Numbered from the stretch's first letter, positions 48,867 through 58,259 are shown. The stretch is 64,000 nucleotides of DNA from Bacilli bacterium (GCA_028693275.1 JAQUVS010000001.1:129206-193205); one strand, 5' to 3'. Notes: generated by a model from the sequence alone, not told the origin. Translations and numbers: made by a program.

Positions 48867-49583
48867 ATGATTTGGAATCCTTGGAGAGGTTGTCATAAAT
48901 ATAGTGATGGTTGTAAGTATTGCTATATTCATAAAGGAGATAAAAAAAGAGGAATAGATACTTCTTTAATTGTTTTGACTAAGGATTTTGATAAGCCAAT
49001 TGCTAAACTAAAAGATGGTACTTATAAAATCAAAAGTGGTTTAGTTTATACTTGTTTTTCATCTGATTTTTTAATAGAAGAAATGGATCAATATAGATTA
49101 GAATGCTATGATATGATGAGGCAAAGAAGCGATCTTAATTTTTTATTTTTAACTAAAAGAATAGAAAGATTTATGGAAGTTTTACCAAGTGATTGGGATA
49201 ATGGTTATGATAATGTAATTGTATGCTGTACTATTGAAAATCAAAAAACAGCTAACTATCGTTTAAATATTTTTAAAGATTTACCAATTAAGCATAAATG
49301 TATTACTATTCAACCAATGCTTGAAAAAATTAATATTATTGACTACTTAAATGATATAGAATTAGTTGTAGTTGGTGGTGAATCGGATATAAATGCAAGA
49401 TTTTTAGATTATGATTGGGTTTTAGATATTAGAGAACAATGTATAAAGACTAATACTAATTTTGAGTTTAGACAATGTGGAACTCATTTTATTAAGGATG
49501 ATAAATTATTTAATATACCAACTAAAAATTTATGTAAACAAGCGATACTAGCTAATATTAATTACTACAGGGAGAAAAAATAA
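48867..49583 (+). CDS. DUF5131 (phage Gp37/Gp68 family) three-Cys-motif protein
   Basis: N-terminus MIWNPWRGCHKYSDGCKYCY matches the family start tWNPxtGCxxxSxGCxxCY (Cx6Cx2C). Confidence 0.65.
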   Translation: MIWNPWRGCHKYSDGCKYCYIHKGDKKRGIDTSLIVLTKDFDKPIAKLKDGTYKIKSGLVYTCFSSDFLIEEMDQYRLECYDMMRQRSDLNFLFLTKRIERFMEVLPSDWDNGYDNVIVCCTIENQKTANYRLNIFKDLPIKHKCITIQPMLEKINIIDYLNDIELVVVGGESDINARFLDYDWVLDIREQCIKTNTNFEFRQCGTHFIKDDKLFNIPTKNLCKQAILANINYYREKK

Positions 49584-51121
49584 TGAAAGAATATTTAGAA
49601 TTATGTAAAGATAAATTATTATATGAGATATGTGAATTACTGGGAATTGAAAAATTGACAGAAGATAATGATAATGATTATATTTGGTCTATCGTAACTT
49701 CTACTTTATTACATAATGAAAAATTATGTGGAGAAGAAAAAATAGAACAGTATTTAGATTCTTTACCTATAGCTAAATCTATTGAAAGTCATATATTAAG
49801 ATATGCCTTAGATACTAGTTGTGTTTTAGATACTGATAGGTTTAAAAATTATTTTTTAGATAACGATAATAAATTTAGTGATTATAATTCTTTTGATAAA
49901 TATACTTTTTTAACAGAACAATATATATTGGAAGATAAAGATAATTATTTGTCTGATTTGGATATTAGTTATGGAAGTAATTCGGCTATTATTACTGATG
50001 AACTTTTAGATTATAAGAAATTGATAAAAAGAGTTAGAAATAGTTTAGCTCATTCTAATTATGAGATTGTTAATGATGATCAAATTAGACTTTATCATTA
50101 TGATGATAATAATGTTTTAGATTTTAATGTTTTATTATGTAAACCTTTAGTTATAACTATTATTGATGAGATAAATGAAAAATCTTATAATTTATATAGT
50201 AATCTACTTGATGAATTAGGAAATTATAATACTAATAATAAAGAATCTAGAGAAATAAATGATAAAGATATTCAAAGTTATTTAGATGAATATAAGTTTT
50301 TAACAGAAAAAGATAAGTTGAAAATAATTAGACATACTTATAATTGGATAAAAGAAAATCAAATTACTAATAAGTATCTAGTATATGATAGATTAGATAA
50401 AGCAGCTTTTGTAAAGATTAAAAATACTTATAATAGTGCTTTAGTATTAGATTCATTAATAGTTACTAATTATAATAGTGATCCGTTATACTCTGATTAT
50501 TTGTATCACCGATATGGAGTTTATGAATATTCTTCTTTTGATATTAGGACATTTGCTATTTATAAGGAAGAAAAATTAAGATTACTATTGATATCTTTAC
50601 TTAATGTTATTTTCTTATATGGCTCTAATACTAGTAGTAAAGTATTTGATTTATCGTTGGTAGAAACTGATTCTAAGTTTGTTTTGAAAAAAGAGAAAGC
50701 ATTTATTAAAGAAAAAGAAGAAAAACAAAGAGAAATAGATAATATTAAAACATCTATAAATACAAAAAAAGAGATATTAAAAGATAAATATATTGATAAT
50801 GAATATTTTAATAAAATCTTACCAGAAGTTATTTCTTCTTTAGAAATAAAAATAATTGAAAAGGAATCTAGTTTTCCTAATTTTAAAGAAATAAATGTAC
50901 TTGCTCATATTAGAAATAGTTTAGCTCATGGGAATACTATATATAATCATAATAAGCAAGAACTTATATTTAAAGATTATGATCCTTTTACTCATAAACT
51001 TACTTATCTTGGTAAAATAAGTATAGAAAATTTATTTATTTTACTTAAAGATAATGGTATCATTAGTGGTAGAAAAGCAGTTAAGAAACTAGCAGGAGGT
51101 TTTTTATGCATAAATATGTAG
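49583..51121 (+). CDS. tandem-HEPN domain protein (two RNSLAH Rx4H motifs), predicted RNase
   Basis: RNSLAHSNYEIV around residue 150 and IRNSLAHGNTIYNH around residue 440; the same RNxxAH motif type as the Abi_2 protein at 18719. Confidence 0.6.
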   Translation: MKEYLELCKDKLLYEICELLGIEKLTEDNDNDYIWSIVTSTLLHNEKLCGEEKIEQYLDSLPIAKSIESHILRYALDTSCVLDTDRFKNYFLDNDNKFSDYNSFDKYTFLTEQYILEDKDNYLSDLDISYGSNSAIITDELLDYKKLIKRVRNSLAHSNYEIVNDDQIRLYHYDDNNVLDFNVLLCKPLVITIIDEINEKSYNLYSNLLDELGNYNTNNKESREINDKDIQSYLDEYKFLTEKDKLKIIRHTYNWIKENQITNKYLVYDRLDKAAFVKIKNTYNSALVLDSLIVTNYNSDPLYSDYLYHRYGVYEYSSFDIRTFAIYKEEKLRLLLISLLNVIFLYGSNTSSKVFDLSLVETDSKFVLKKEKAFIKEKEEKQREIDNIKTSINTKKEILKDKYIDNEYFNKILPEVISSLEIKIIEKESSFPNFKEINVLAHIRNSLAHGNTIYNHNKQELIFKDYDPFTHKLTYLGKISIENLFILLKDNGIISGRKAVKKLAGGFLCINM

Positions 51122-51561
51122 TTTTAGAATTAATTCCTACTCATACTGATCCTAAACTTGGAGAAGTAATTCAATTATCAGCTTTAAAAATAGATAATTT
51201 AAAATTAGTAGATAGATTTGATTATAGATTAAATGAAGAAAAAATACTTATAAATGAGTTAATAAAATTAATTAGTTATGATAAGGATTCTTTTACATAT
51301 CTTGATAGTACTAATGATATTTTAGAAGAATTTCAAAACTTTGTTGATGATTATAAAATTGTATATATTGATAATACTTATACATATAATTATATAAGTT
51401 ATTTAAAAGGAGATAAGGTTTCTATTAATTCTCTTTTAAATATTAGTAAAAAAGATGATGTAGTTGAAGAAATTATGAAAAGATATAATATAGAACCTAG
51501 TAATTACATAGTGGATATATTATATGAAGGGCTTATTTATAAAAGTAATGAGGTGGCTTAA
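51106..51561 (+). CDS. small protein with weak DnaQ-like 3'-5' exonuclease resemblance (possibly inactive)
   Basis: VVLELIPTHTDPKLGEVIQLSALKID resembles Exo motif I (vvfDxETTG..eIIeigavk) but with the first Asp replaced by Leu. Overlaps both neighbours. Confidence 0.3.
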   Translation: MHKYVVLELIPTHTDPKLGEVIQLSALKIDNLKLVDRFDYRLNEEKILINELIKLISYDKDSFTYLDSTNDILEEFQNFVDDYKIVYIDNTYTYNYISYLKGDKVSINSLLNISKKDDVVEEIMKRYNIEPSNYIVDILYEGLIYKSNEVA

Positions 51562-52103
51562 TGAAATTATTATTTATATCTGATATTCATGGAATAGTTG
51601 ATAATTTAAATTATATTGAAAATCTTTTAACAGAAGAAAAATTTGATAAATTAATTGTTCTAGGTGATTTATATTATATGGGATTTAATTCTATTGATAA
51701 TCATTCTTTTAATAATACTTTAGTTAAAGATTTTTTATATAAAAATAGAAATAAATTAATTTGTATGAGGGGTAATTGTGATTCAGATGTTGATATAGTT
51801 ACTTCTGACTTTCCAATTGCAAGTGGATTATCTTTAATAAATGTAGATGGAATAGATATTTATATAACACATGGTCATGAGTATAATATTGAAAGCAAGA
51901 GACATAAGTTTAATAATTGTTTCTTGGTATATGGTCATAAGCATTTTCCTTTTATAGAAAAAGTAGAAGACGTTACATATATTAATACTGGTTCTATATC
52001 ATTACCTAGAAATAATAGTAATCCTACGTATTTAGTTTATGAGGATAGAAAGTTTACTATCTATGATATATATGGTAATAAAGTAGATGAAATATATTGT
52101 TAG
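51561..52103 (+). CDS. metallophosphoesterase (YfcE/MJ0936-type calcineurin-like phosphodiesterase)
   Basis: Motifs SDIHG, GDL, GNCD, THGH, GHKH. Confidence 0.8.
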   Translation: MKLLFISDIHGIVDNLNYIENLLTEEKFDKLIVLGDLYYMGFNSIDNHSFNNTLVKDFLYKNRNKLICMRGNCDSDVDIVTSDFPIASGLSLINVDGIDIYITHGHEYNIESKRHKFNNCFLVYGHKHFPFIEKVEDVTYINTGSISLPRNNSNPTYLVYEDRKFTIYDIYGNKVDEIYC

Positions 52104-52146
52104 ATAATATATATTGTGATATAATTTCAAATTAGAGGTGAAAGAA

Positions 52147-52260
52147 ATGAGAATAGTTAAAGCAAATTTACCTGATGGTGTAAGAAAAAAATTCGTTATA
52201 AGAATAGGTAAAAAAGTTAAATTAATTAACAAAAAATATTACGGAAAGAAAAGTAAATAA
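52147..52260 (+). CDS. small Lys-rich protein (37 aa)
   Basis: Not in the track because it is under 60 aa. Extended -10 TGTGATATAAT, RBS AGAGGTG 7 nt before ATG 52147, and a weak hairpin/T-run after the stop. Sequence MRIVKANLPDGVRKKFVIRIGKKVKLINKKYYGKKSK. Confidence 0.4.
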   Translation: MRIVKANLPDGVRKKFVIRIGKKVKLINKKYYGKKSK

Positions 52261-52294
52261 AGAGGAAACTCTTTTTTATTTTATGGGTTAATTT

Positions 52295-52999
52295 ATGGAA
52301 CTAGTTGTAGAAAAATTAAGTAAGAACTTTGAAGATAAAATTGTTCTTAAGGATATTAATTTTAAATTTGAAAAAGGTAAGATTTATGGTTTATTAGGTA
52401 GAAATGGTGCTGGTAAGACAACTTTCTTTAATTGCTTAAATGATGATATTGAATCTGATGGATATTACTATTTAATAGATGGTTCTGAAAAAAGAGAATT
52501 AGAGTCTAAAGATATTGGTTATGTTTTATCTACTCCAGTAGTTCCTGACTTTTTAACAGGAAGAGAATTTTTGAAATTCTTTATTGATATAAATAAAGAA
52601 AATATTAAGAGTGATAAAAAGATAGATGAATATTTTGATTTTATGAAAATAGATGTAGAAGATAGAGATAAACTTATGAAAGATTATTCTCATGGGATGA
52701 AAAATAAATTACAAATGTTAGTAAATATTATTGCTAATCCTACTATCCTTTTATTAGATGAACCATTAACTTCTTTTGACGTAGTGGTTTCAGAAGAAAT
52801 GAAAGATATGCTTAGAGAAATAAAGAATGATCATATAATTATCTTTTCTACACATATTATGGAATTAGCTTTAGATTTATGTGATGAAATAGTTATATTA
52901 AATAATGCAACTCTTCAAGAAATAACTAAAGATAATTTAAATAATAATGCTTTTAAAGATAAGATAATTTCTACTTTGAAGGGTGATAATAATGCTTAG
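52295..52999 (+). CDS. ABC transporter ATP-binding protein
   Basis: Walker A GRNGAGKTT, signature-like YSHGMKNKL, Walker B LLLDEP. Confidence 0.8.
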   Translation: MELVVEKLSKNFEDKIVLKDINFKFEKGKIYGLLGRNGAGKTTFFNCLNDDIESDGYYYLIDGSEKRELESKDIGYVLSTPVVPDFLTGREFLKFFIDINKENIKSDKKIDEYFDFMKIDVEDRDKLMKDYSHGMKNKLQMLVNIIANPTILLLDEPLTSFDVVVSEEMKDMLREIKNDHIIIFSTHIMELALDLCDEIVILNNATLQEITKDNLNNNAFKDKIISTLKGDNNA

Positions 53000-54560
53000 G
53001 GCTTTTTTAACTTCTTTTAAATTAGAAAATACATATAAGGTTAATTCTTTTATATATTCATTAAAGCAACTTCCATTAATAAGAAGAATAATACCAAATA
53101 GATTTTATGGTAATCTTGACTTTAAAATTATAGGAATTATTATAAGTTTTATTAGACAAATAATATCCACATTTTTGTGGAAAATACTTTATGTATATAT
53201 AATGATTTTTATTCCTGCTATGGAATTTGGTAATTCTAATAGTTTTATTCATATATTTATTTTCTTAACAATAATAGGAAGTTTTATAAATACTAATATG
53301 TTTAATCCAACTAAAGATAAATATTATGCTTTAGTTCTTATGAAAATGGATCCTACTAAGTATGCTGTTAGTAATTATATATTTTATTTATTGAAAGTAT
53401 TGATAGGATTTATTCCTATTGTTGTTATACTTGGATTAATGACGGGTGTTAAGATATATTTATTGATATTATTACCTGTTGTTATTACTTTTATTAAGGC
53501 TATTGGTTGTTCTATACAATTATTTATTTCTAAAAAGAAAAAGACTACTTTTAATGAGAATTTTCCTGCTCCTATAGTATGGATTATGGTAGTTTTATTA
53601 CTAGTTTTAGCTTATGTTTTACCATATATTGGAATAGTTATTAATGAATATATTTATATAGCTTTATTTATAATATCTATTATAGGTGGAATAGTTTCTA
53701 TTAGATATATAATTAAATATGATAATTATTTTAGAATATATAAAGAATTATTAAAGCCAAATGCAATTATTTTTGATCTTAAGAATGTTAATGTTAAAAC
53801 TAATTATGAAATGTATAGTAAGAAAATAGATAAAACAGTCACAGCTGATGATAATAAAATAGGATATGATTACTTTAATGATATTTTTGTTAAGAGACAT
53901 AGATCTATTTTGACTAAGTCATCAAAGAGAGTATTTTTAATATTACTAGGAATATTAATATTAATTATTGGTTCTGTTTTATTGATAAAAGGATTTGATA
54001 AAGAAGTAAATAAATTACCTTTATTATTCTTACCATATTTTTTATTTATTATGTATATATTAAATAGAGGAACTGTAGTTTCACAAGCAATGTTTATGAA
54101 TTGTGATCATAGCATGTTAGCTTATCGTTTTTATAGACAAAGTGAAACAGTATTAGAGTTATTTAAAAGAAGATTAAAAGTACTTATTAAAATCAATTTA
54201 TTTCCATCGTTAGTAATAGCAATTGGATTACCATTATTATTACTTATTACTGGTGGTACTAATAATATTTTAAATTATTTCTTATTATTTATATCTATAA
54301 TATCAATGTCTATTTTCTTTTCTGTTCATCATATGGTTTTATATTATTTATTACAACCATATAATGTAGATATGGAAATGAAAAATAGTACTTATACAGT
54401 TGCTAATTCAGTTACTTATTTCTTATGTTATATGATGATGCAAATGAGAATACCAACAATTATATTTGGAAGTATAATTACTTTATTTGCTATTGTCTAT
54501 GTTGTAATATCATTAATACTTGTATATAAATTAGCTCCAAAGACATTTAAGTTAAAGTAA
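52983..54560 (+). CDS. large polytopic ABC permease-like membrane protein (525 aa)
   Basis: Overlaps the ATPase and has at least 10 predicted TM helices. Confidence 0.55.
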   Translation: MIIMLRAFLTSFKLENTYKVNSFIYSLKQLPLIRRIIPNRFYGNLDFKIIGIIISFIRQIISTFLWKILYVYIMIFIPAMEFGNSNSFIHIFIFLTIIGSFINTNMFNPTKDKYYALVLMKMDPTKYAVSNYIFYLLKVLIGFIPIVVILGLMTGVKIYLLILLPVVITFIKAIGCSIQLFISKKKKTTFNENFPAPIVWIMVVLLLVLAYVLPYIGIVINEYIYIALFIISIIGGIVSIRYIIKYDNYFRIYKELLKPNAIIFDLKNVNVKTNYEMYSKKIDKTVTADDNKIGYDYFNDIFVKRHRSILTKSSKRVFLILLGILILIIGSVLLIKGFDKEVNKLPLLFLPYFLFIMYILNRGTVVSQAMFMNCDHSMLAYRFYRQSETVLELFKRRLKVLIKINLFPSLVIAIGLPLLLLITGGTNNILNYFLLFISIISMSIFFSVHHMVLYYLLQPYNVDMEMKNSTYTVANSVTYFLCYMMMQMRIPTIIFGSIITLFAIVYVVISLILVYKLAPKTFKLK

Positions 54561-54978
54561 GACTTAGATGTCTTATTTTTTGTATTATAAAAATGTATGA
54601 TAAATGCATTAATTATAACTTAATATAAAAAAGTAGACAAAAGATAATAATTTTATTGCCAAATTACTTTGATATGCTATTATTATTAATATAGGGTAGA
54701 GGAGGTTTGACATGGTGGATTGTAGTATTATAGAAGCCTATAAAAATTTTAAGATAACGAATGTTGTTAAATATGCAAATATTATTTAAAAATGTATATA
54801 TGGTAAGAATTACAATCCAAGTAAAGCAACGTCTAGGCAGTTAGAAGAATGTGTTTATAAACATCTAAAAGATTTCTTTTATGATGATAGATTCTTAGAA
54901 TTATCTAGGCCAGATATTAATCAATTTTTTAAAGATAATAATATTGATAATAAGAATTTACAAAAAGTATTATTTACT

Positions 54979-55935
54979 ATGTTTAATAAGATTATTAATA
55001 TTAATTCAGTTGTTAATAATGAGATTAATAAGAAGACATGTTTGATGCTTGCTAACTCTATATTAATATCAATTGAATTAGATAAATTAACTAATTCATT
55101 ATTCACTGATAATTTATCTTATAAATTAGCTATTAGTGATATTAAGAATAGATATGAAGGAGTATTTGTAGAAGACATATCAAAAAATATGAAATATATT
55201 AATAATCTATTAAATGATGAAGTAAATAAAAGTATTAAGATTAATAAACTTTTATTAAATCATTATAGTAATGATGATTTTACTTTAATGTATTCTTCAG
55301 TAAAAGATATTATTAATAATGAAGATATGTTCTATGTTTACTTGGATGTAACTATTCCTAAATTAATTGATAAAACTAAAACAAAAAAAGATAAAATAAT
55401 TAGTGATAACAAATTATCATCACCATTAATCAATGTTTCTTTAGATAAACTTAATTATAGTATATTAAAGTTATTTATAGAAAAGAGAAGGATTCCTACT
55501 TTTATAGTTGATATGACAGATGAATATTTTAAAACTAAGAAGAATACTAATAATATAATTGGTTACTTTGATAATAGTATTGTTAAAGATAATGTAATTA
55601 TTACAGTTGGTAGTAAAGATCTTTTAAAGAATTATGATAATTTAAGTACTTTAGTAGATAAAGGTATTAATCTTGCTATTAGAGAATTTGATTTTTGTAA
55701 TACTAGTAAGAAGGAATTATCTTATTTTAAATATATGATTGTTGATTACAATGAAAAAGATAGGGATAATAAAATATTATTAGCAAATAATTTAGAAATT
55801 AATGTAATTGTTAATAATGTTAATGATGATGAGTCTAGAAATTCATGTATTAGTAAGGGTGTTAAATTTATTAGAAATAATAAGGACAAGAAAATGAAAA
55901 CTTTTATGGAAATAATGGGTGAAGCAGATGAATAA
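54979..55935 (+). CDS. hypothetical protein, possible divergent EAL-like domain, first gene of the SipW/TasA-like operon
   Basis: LAIREFDFCNTSKKELSYFKYMIVDYNE loosely resembles the EAL DDFGTGYSSLSYLKxLPVDxLKID block. The same frame is open upstream to an RBS+ATG at 54712 with a single TAA at 54787-54789 in between. Confidence 0.4.
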   Translation: MFNKIININSVVNNEINKKTCLMLANSILISIELDKLTNSLFTDNLSYKLAISDIKNRYEGVFVEDISKNMKYINNLLNDEVNKSIKINKLLLNHYSNDDFTLMYSSVKDIINNEDMFYVYLDVTIPKLIDKTKTKKDKIISDNKLSSPLINVSLDKLNYSILKLFIEKRRIPTFIVDMTDEYFKTKKNTNNIIGYFDNSIVKDNVIITVGSKDLLKNYDNLSTLVDKGINLAIREFDFCNTSKKELSYFKYMIVDYNEKDRDNKILLANNLEINVIVNNVNDDESRNSCISKGVKFIRNNKDKKMKTFMEIMGEADE

Positions 55936-56620
55936 TCGCTTAACTGTTACTATTAATGCTAAGAAAATATATCGTAGAAAAGTTTTAATGAGGTTTTTTA
56001 CGGTAGGGCTTTTGGGATTATTACTTATATTGTCTGTAATATATGCTTTAGTATTTGTTACAAATCAAACAGGTAATTTTACTATTTCATTAGATCCAAA
56101 TTTAAAAGCAGAAAAAGGTATAGTTATTTCTCCTAGTAGTGATTTTAAAAAGACACCTTTAACATTAAAAGCAGAAGCACTAGATTACATGGATAATATT
56201 TCTGGTGAATGGATTCCTGATACTGTGACTGAAGTTGAAGGCTCTCATAGTACAAATAATTACTTAGCTTATACATTCTTTGTTAAAAACAATAGTAATG
56301 ATAAAACAGATTATCAAGCTGAAATAGTTGTGAAGTCTGTTATAAGTGGAGTAGATGAGGCAGTTCGGGTAGCTGTTTATTATAACGGCGAAAAAACTGT
56401 TTATGCCAAAAGAAACAAAGTTACTGGCTTACCAGAGGCCGACACCATTCCATTTGTATCTAACCGTTTGGTAATGACAACTAAAAGAGTTGGAATTAAA
56501 CCAGATGAGGTTGATAAATATACAGTAGTCATATGGCTTGAGGGAAATGACCCTGAGTGCATTGATGATATATTGGGAGGTGAAATGAAAATGTTAATGC
56601 AATTGGTAGAAGTAGATTAG
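55919..56620 (+). CDS. TasA/CalY-like SipW-substrate protein, paralog 1
   Basis: N-terminal hydrophobic segment ending in SVIYALVFVTNQT, and the shared C-terminal motif YTVVIWLEGNDPEC. Confidence 0.55.
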   Translation: MKQMNNRLTVTINAKKIYRRKVLMRFFTVGLLGLLLILSVIYALVFVTNQTGNFTISLDPNLKAEKGIVISPSSDFKKTPLTLKAEALDYMDNISGEWIPDTVTEVEGSHSTNNYLAYTFFVKNNSNDKTDYQAEIVVKSVISGVDEAVRVAVYYNGEKTVYAKRNKVTGLPEADTIPFVSNRLVMTTKRVGIKPDEVDKYTVVIWLEGNDPECIDDILGGEMKMLMQLVEVD

Positions 56621-56688
56621 CATTAACAAAGTTTTTTGAATTTAGGGCGCGCTAAATTTAATTCTTAAACGAGAGAAAGAGGGAAAAT

Positions 56689-57597
56689 ATGAAAAACAAG
56701 AGGATAATGTTAGCATTCTTAATGCTACTAGTAACAGCTGTTGCTTTAACTACTGCATCATATGCGTGGTTTACAGCTAATACTAGAGTTCAATTAGGAA
56801 ATATCGATGTTAACGTTCAAGCTAGCAACGGTATTCAAGTTTCTACAGATGCTACAAATTGGAAAGCATCATTAACTACTACTGAACTTAAAGGAGCTGC
56901 ATTTGTAGGTAATACAAATCAATTTCCAAATACATTAAGTCCAGTTTCTACAATTGGTTCTCAAACAACTGGAAAATTTGACATGTTTGTTGGGGAACTT
57001 AATGAAGATGCAACACTAGATGCAACAGCTGCTCCAGCAGAAGTTTCTGGAACAAATGGTCAATACATTGCATTTGACTTATTCTTTAAAGCTGCTACAG
57101 CACAAGATATTTATTTAAATGATGGTTCTGGAATTGATGCAGCACTTGTTGTAGGTACTGTATTAAAAGATACAGGATTAAAATATTCTGCTCGTGTAGG
57201 TTTCTTAGTACAAGGTACTGATGCAACTAATACACCAGCAACAGCACAAGCATTAGCTACTGGTACAAGTACAAACCAATATATTTGGGAACCAAATGCT
57301 GATGAACATACTGCTACAGCTACAGGGTTGGGAGCAAGTGGAATAGTTTCTTATAGTGGATTAAAAGCTATTGGAACTAATCTTAATTTAACTACATTGC
57401 CACCAACTAACTTTGCGACTGTTTTATCAAATACTTCAACTGTAGGTACAGTTCCAAGTACAAAATTATTTACAGTAGGTCCAGGTATTACTAAAGTAAG
57501 AACATATATTTGGATTGAAGGTCAAGATATCGACTGTGAAAACTCTGCTTCTTTAGGTAGTGGTATTCGTACAGTTCTTGACTTTATAGTTAAGTAA
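56689..57597 (+). CDS. TasA/CalY-like SipW-substrate protein, paralog 2
   Basis: SipW-cognate-class signal peptide ..ALTTASYAWFTANT and C-terminal VRTYIWIEGQDIDCEN. Confidence 0.65.
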   Translation: MKNKRIMLAFLMLLVTAVALTTASYAWFTANTRVQLGNIDVNVQASNGIQVSTDATNWKASLTTTELKGAAFVGNTNQFPNTLSPVSTIGSQTTGKFDMFVGELNEDATLDATAAPAEVSGTNGQYIAFDLFFKAATAQDIYLNDGSGIDAALVVGTVLKDTGLKYSARVGFLVQGTDATNTPATAQALATGTSTNQYIWEPNADEHTATATGLGASGIVSYSGLKAIGTNLNLTTLPPTNFATVLSNTSTVGTVPSTKLFTVGPGITKVRTYIWIEGQDIDCENSASLGSGIRTVLDFIVK

Positions 57598-57604
57598 TTA
57601 ATAA

Positions 57605-58219
57605 ATGGCTAAGAAAAATAAAAAAAGCAAAGTTTTAAATGTAGTTTTAGATATAATTTTAGTAATAGTTATATTTTTAGCTGCCTCTGTAACTATTGTT
57701 TCACTTAGCACTAGAGAAAATGGAGTAGCGAATATTATGGGATTCATTCCTTTTAGTATTCAATCTCCATCAATGTCTGGGACTGTTGAAACAGGGGATT
57801 TAATAATAACAAAAAAATATAATGATCAAGAATTAAAAGTTAATGATATAATTTCATTTTTTGCAATAGAAGAAGATCAAACAATTATTAAAACCCATAG
57901 AATAGTAGAAATAGTGAATAATAATGGAATTATTACTTATACTACTAAAGGGGATGCTAATAATGAAGTTGATAGTGTTGGTGTTTCAAAACTTGATATA
58001 GTATCTGTTTACGAAGCTGATGGTTATAAAGGTACTCATGTTTCAGGTTTAGGTAAAGTATTAGATTTCTTTAAATCTAAATATGGATTCTTATTATGTA
58101 TAATATTGCCATTATTTGTATTTTTTGTTTATCAATTATATAAATTTATTGCAATTATTATTGATGAAAAGAAAAAACAAGCTATCAGAGAAATTGAATC
58201 AGCAAAAAATAAAGCATAG
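57605..58219 (+). CDS. sipW: signal peptidase I, SipW type
   Basis: N-terminal TM followed by the catalytic Ser box SPSMSGTVETGDLII; C-terminal TM. Confidence 0.75.
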   Translation: MAKKNKKSKVLNVVLDIILVIVIFLAASVTIVSLSTRENGVANIMGFIPFSIQSPSMSGTVETGDLIITKKYNDQELKVNDIISFFAIEEDQTIIKTHRIVEIVNNNGIITYTTKGDANNEVDSVGVSKLDIVSVYEADGYKGTHVSGLGKVLDFFKSKYGFLLCIILPLFVFFVYQLYKFIAIIIDEKKKQAIREIESAKNKA

Positions 58220-58259
58220 CAATATGCTTTTTAAAAAGTAGTAATGTGGAGGTGAAGGC

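Noticed and set aside
49583-51121. Possibility that the tandem-HEPN protein is a compact Cas13-like effector
   Set aside because: At 512 aa it is far below known Cas13 sizes. No CRISPR repeat-spacer array is visible anywhere in the window, and no cas1/cas2 genes are present. The RNxxAH motif is also typical of Abi_2 proteins.
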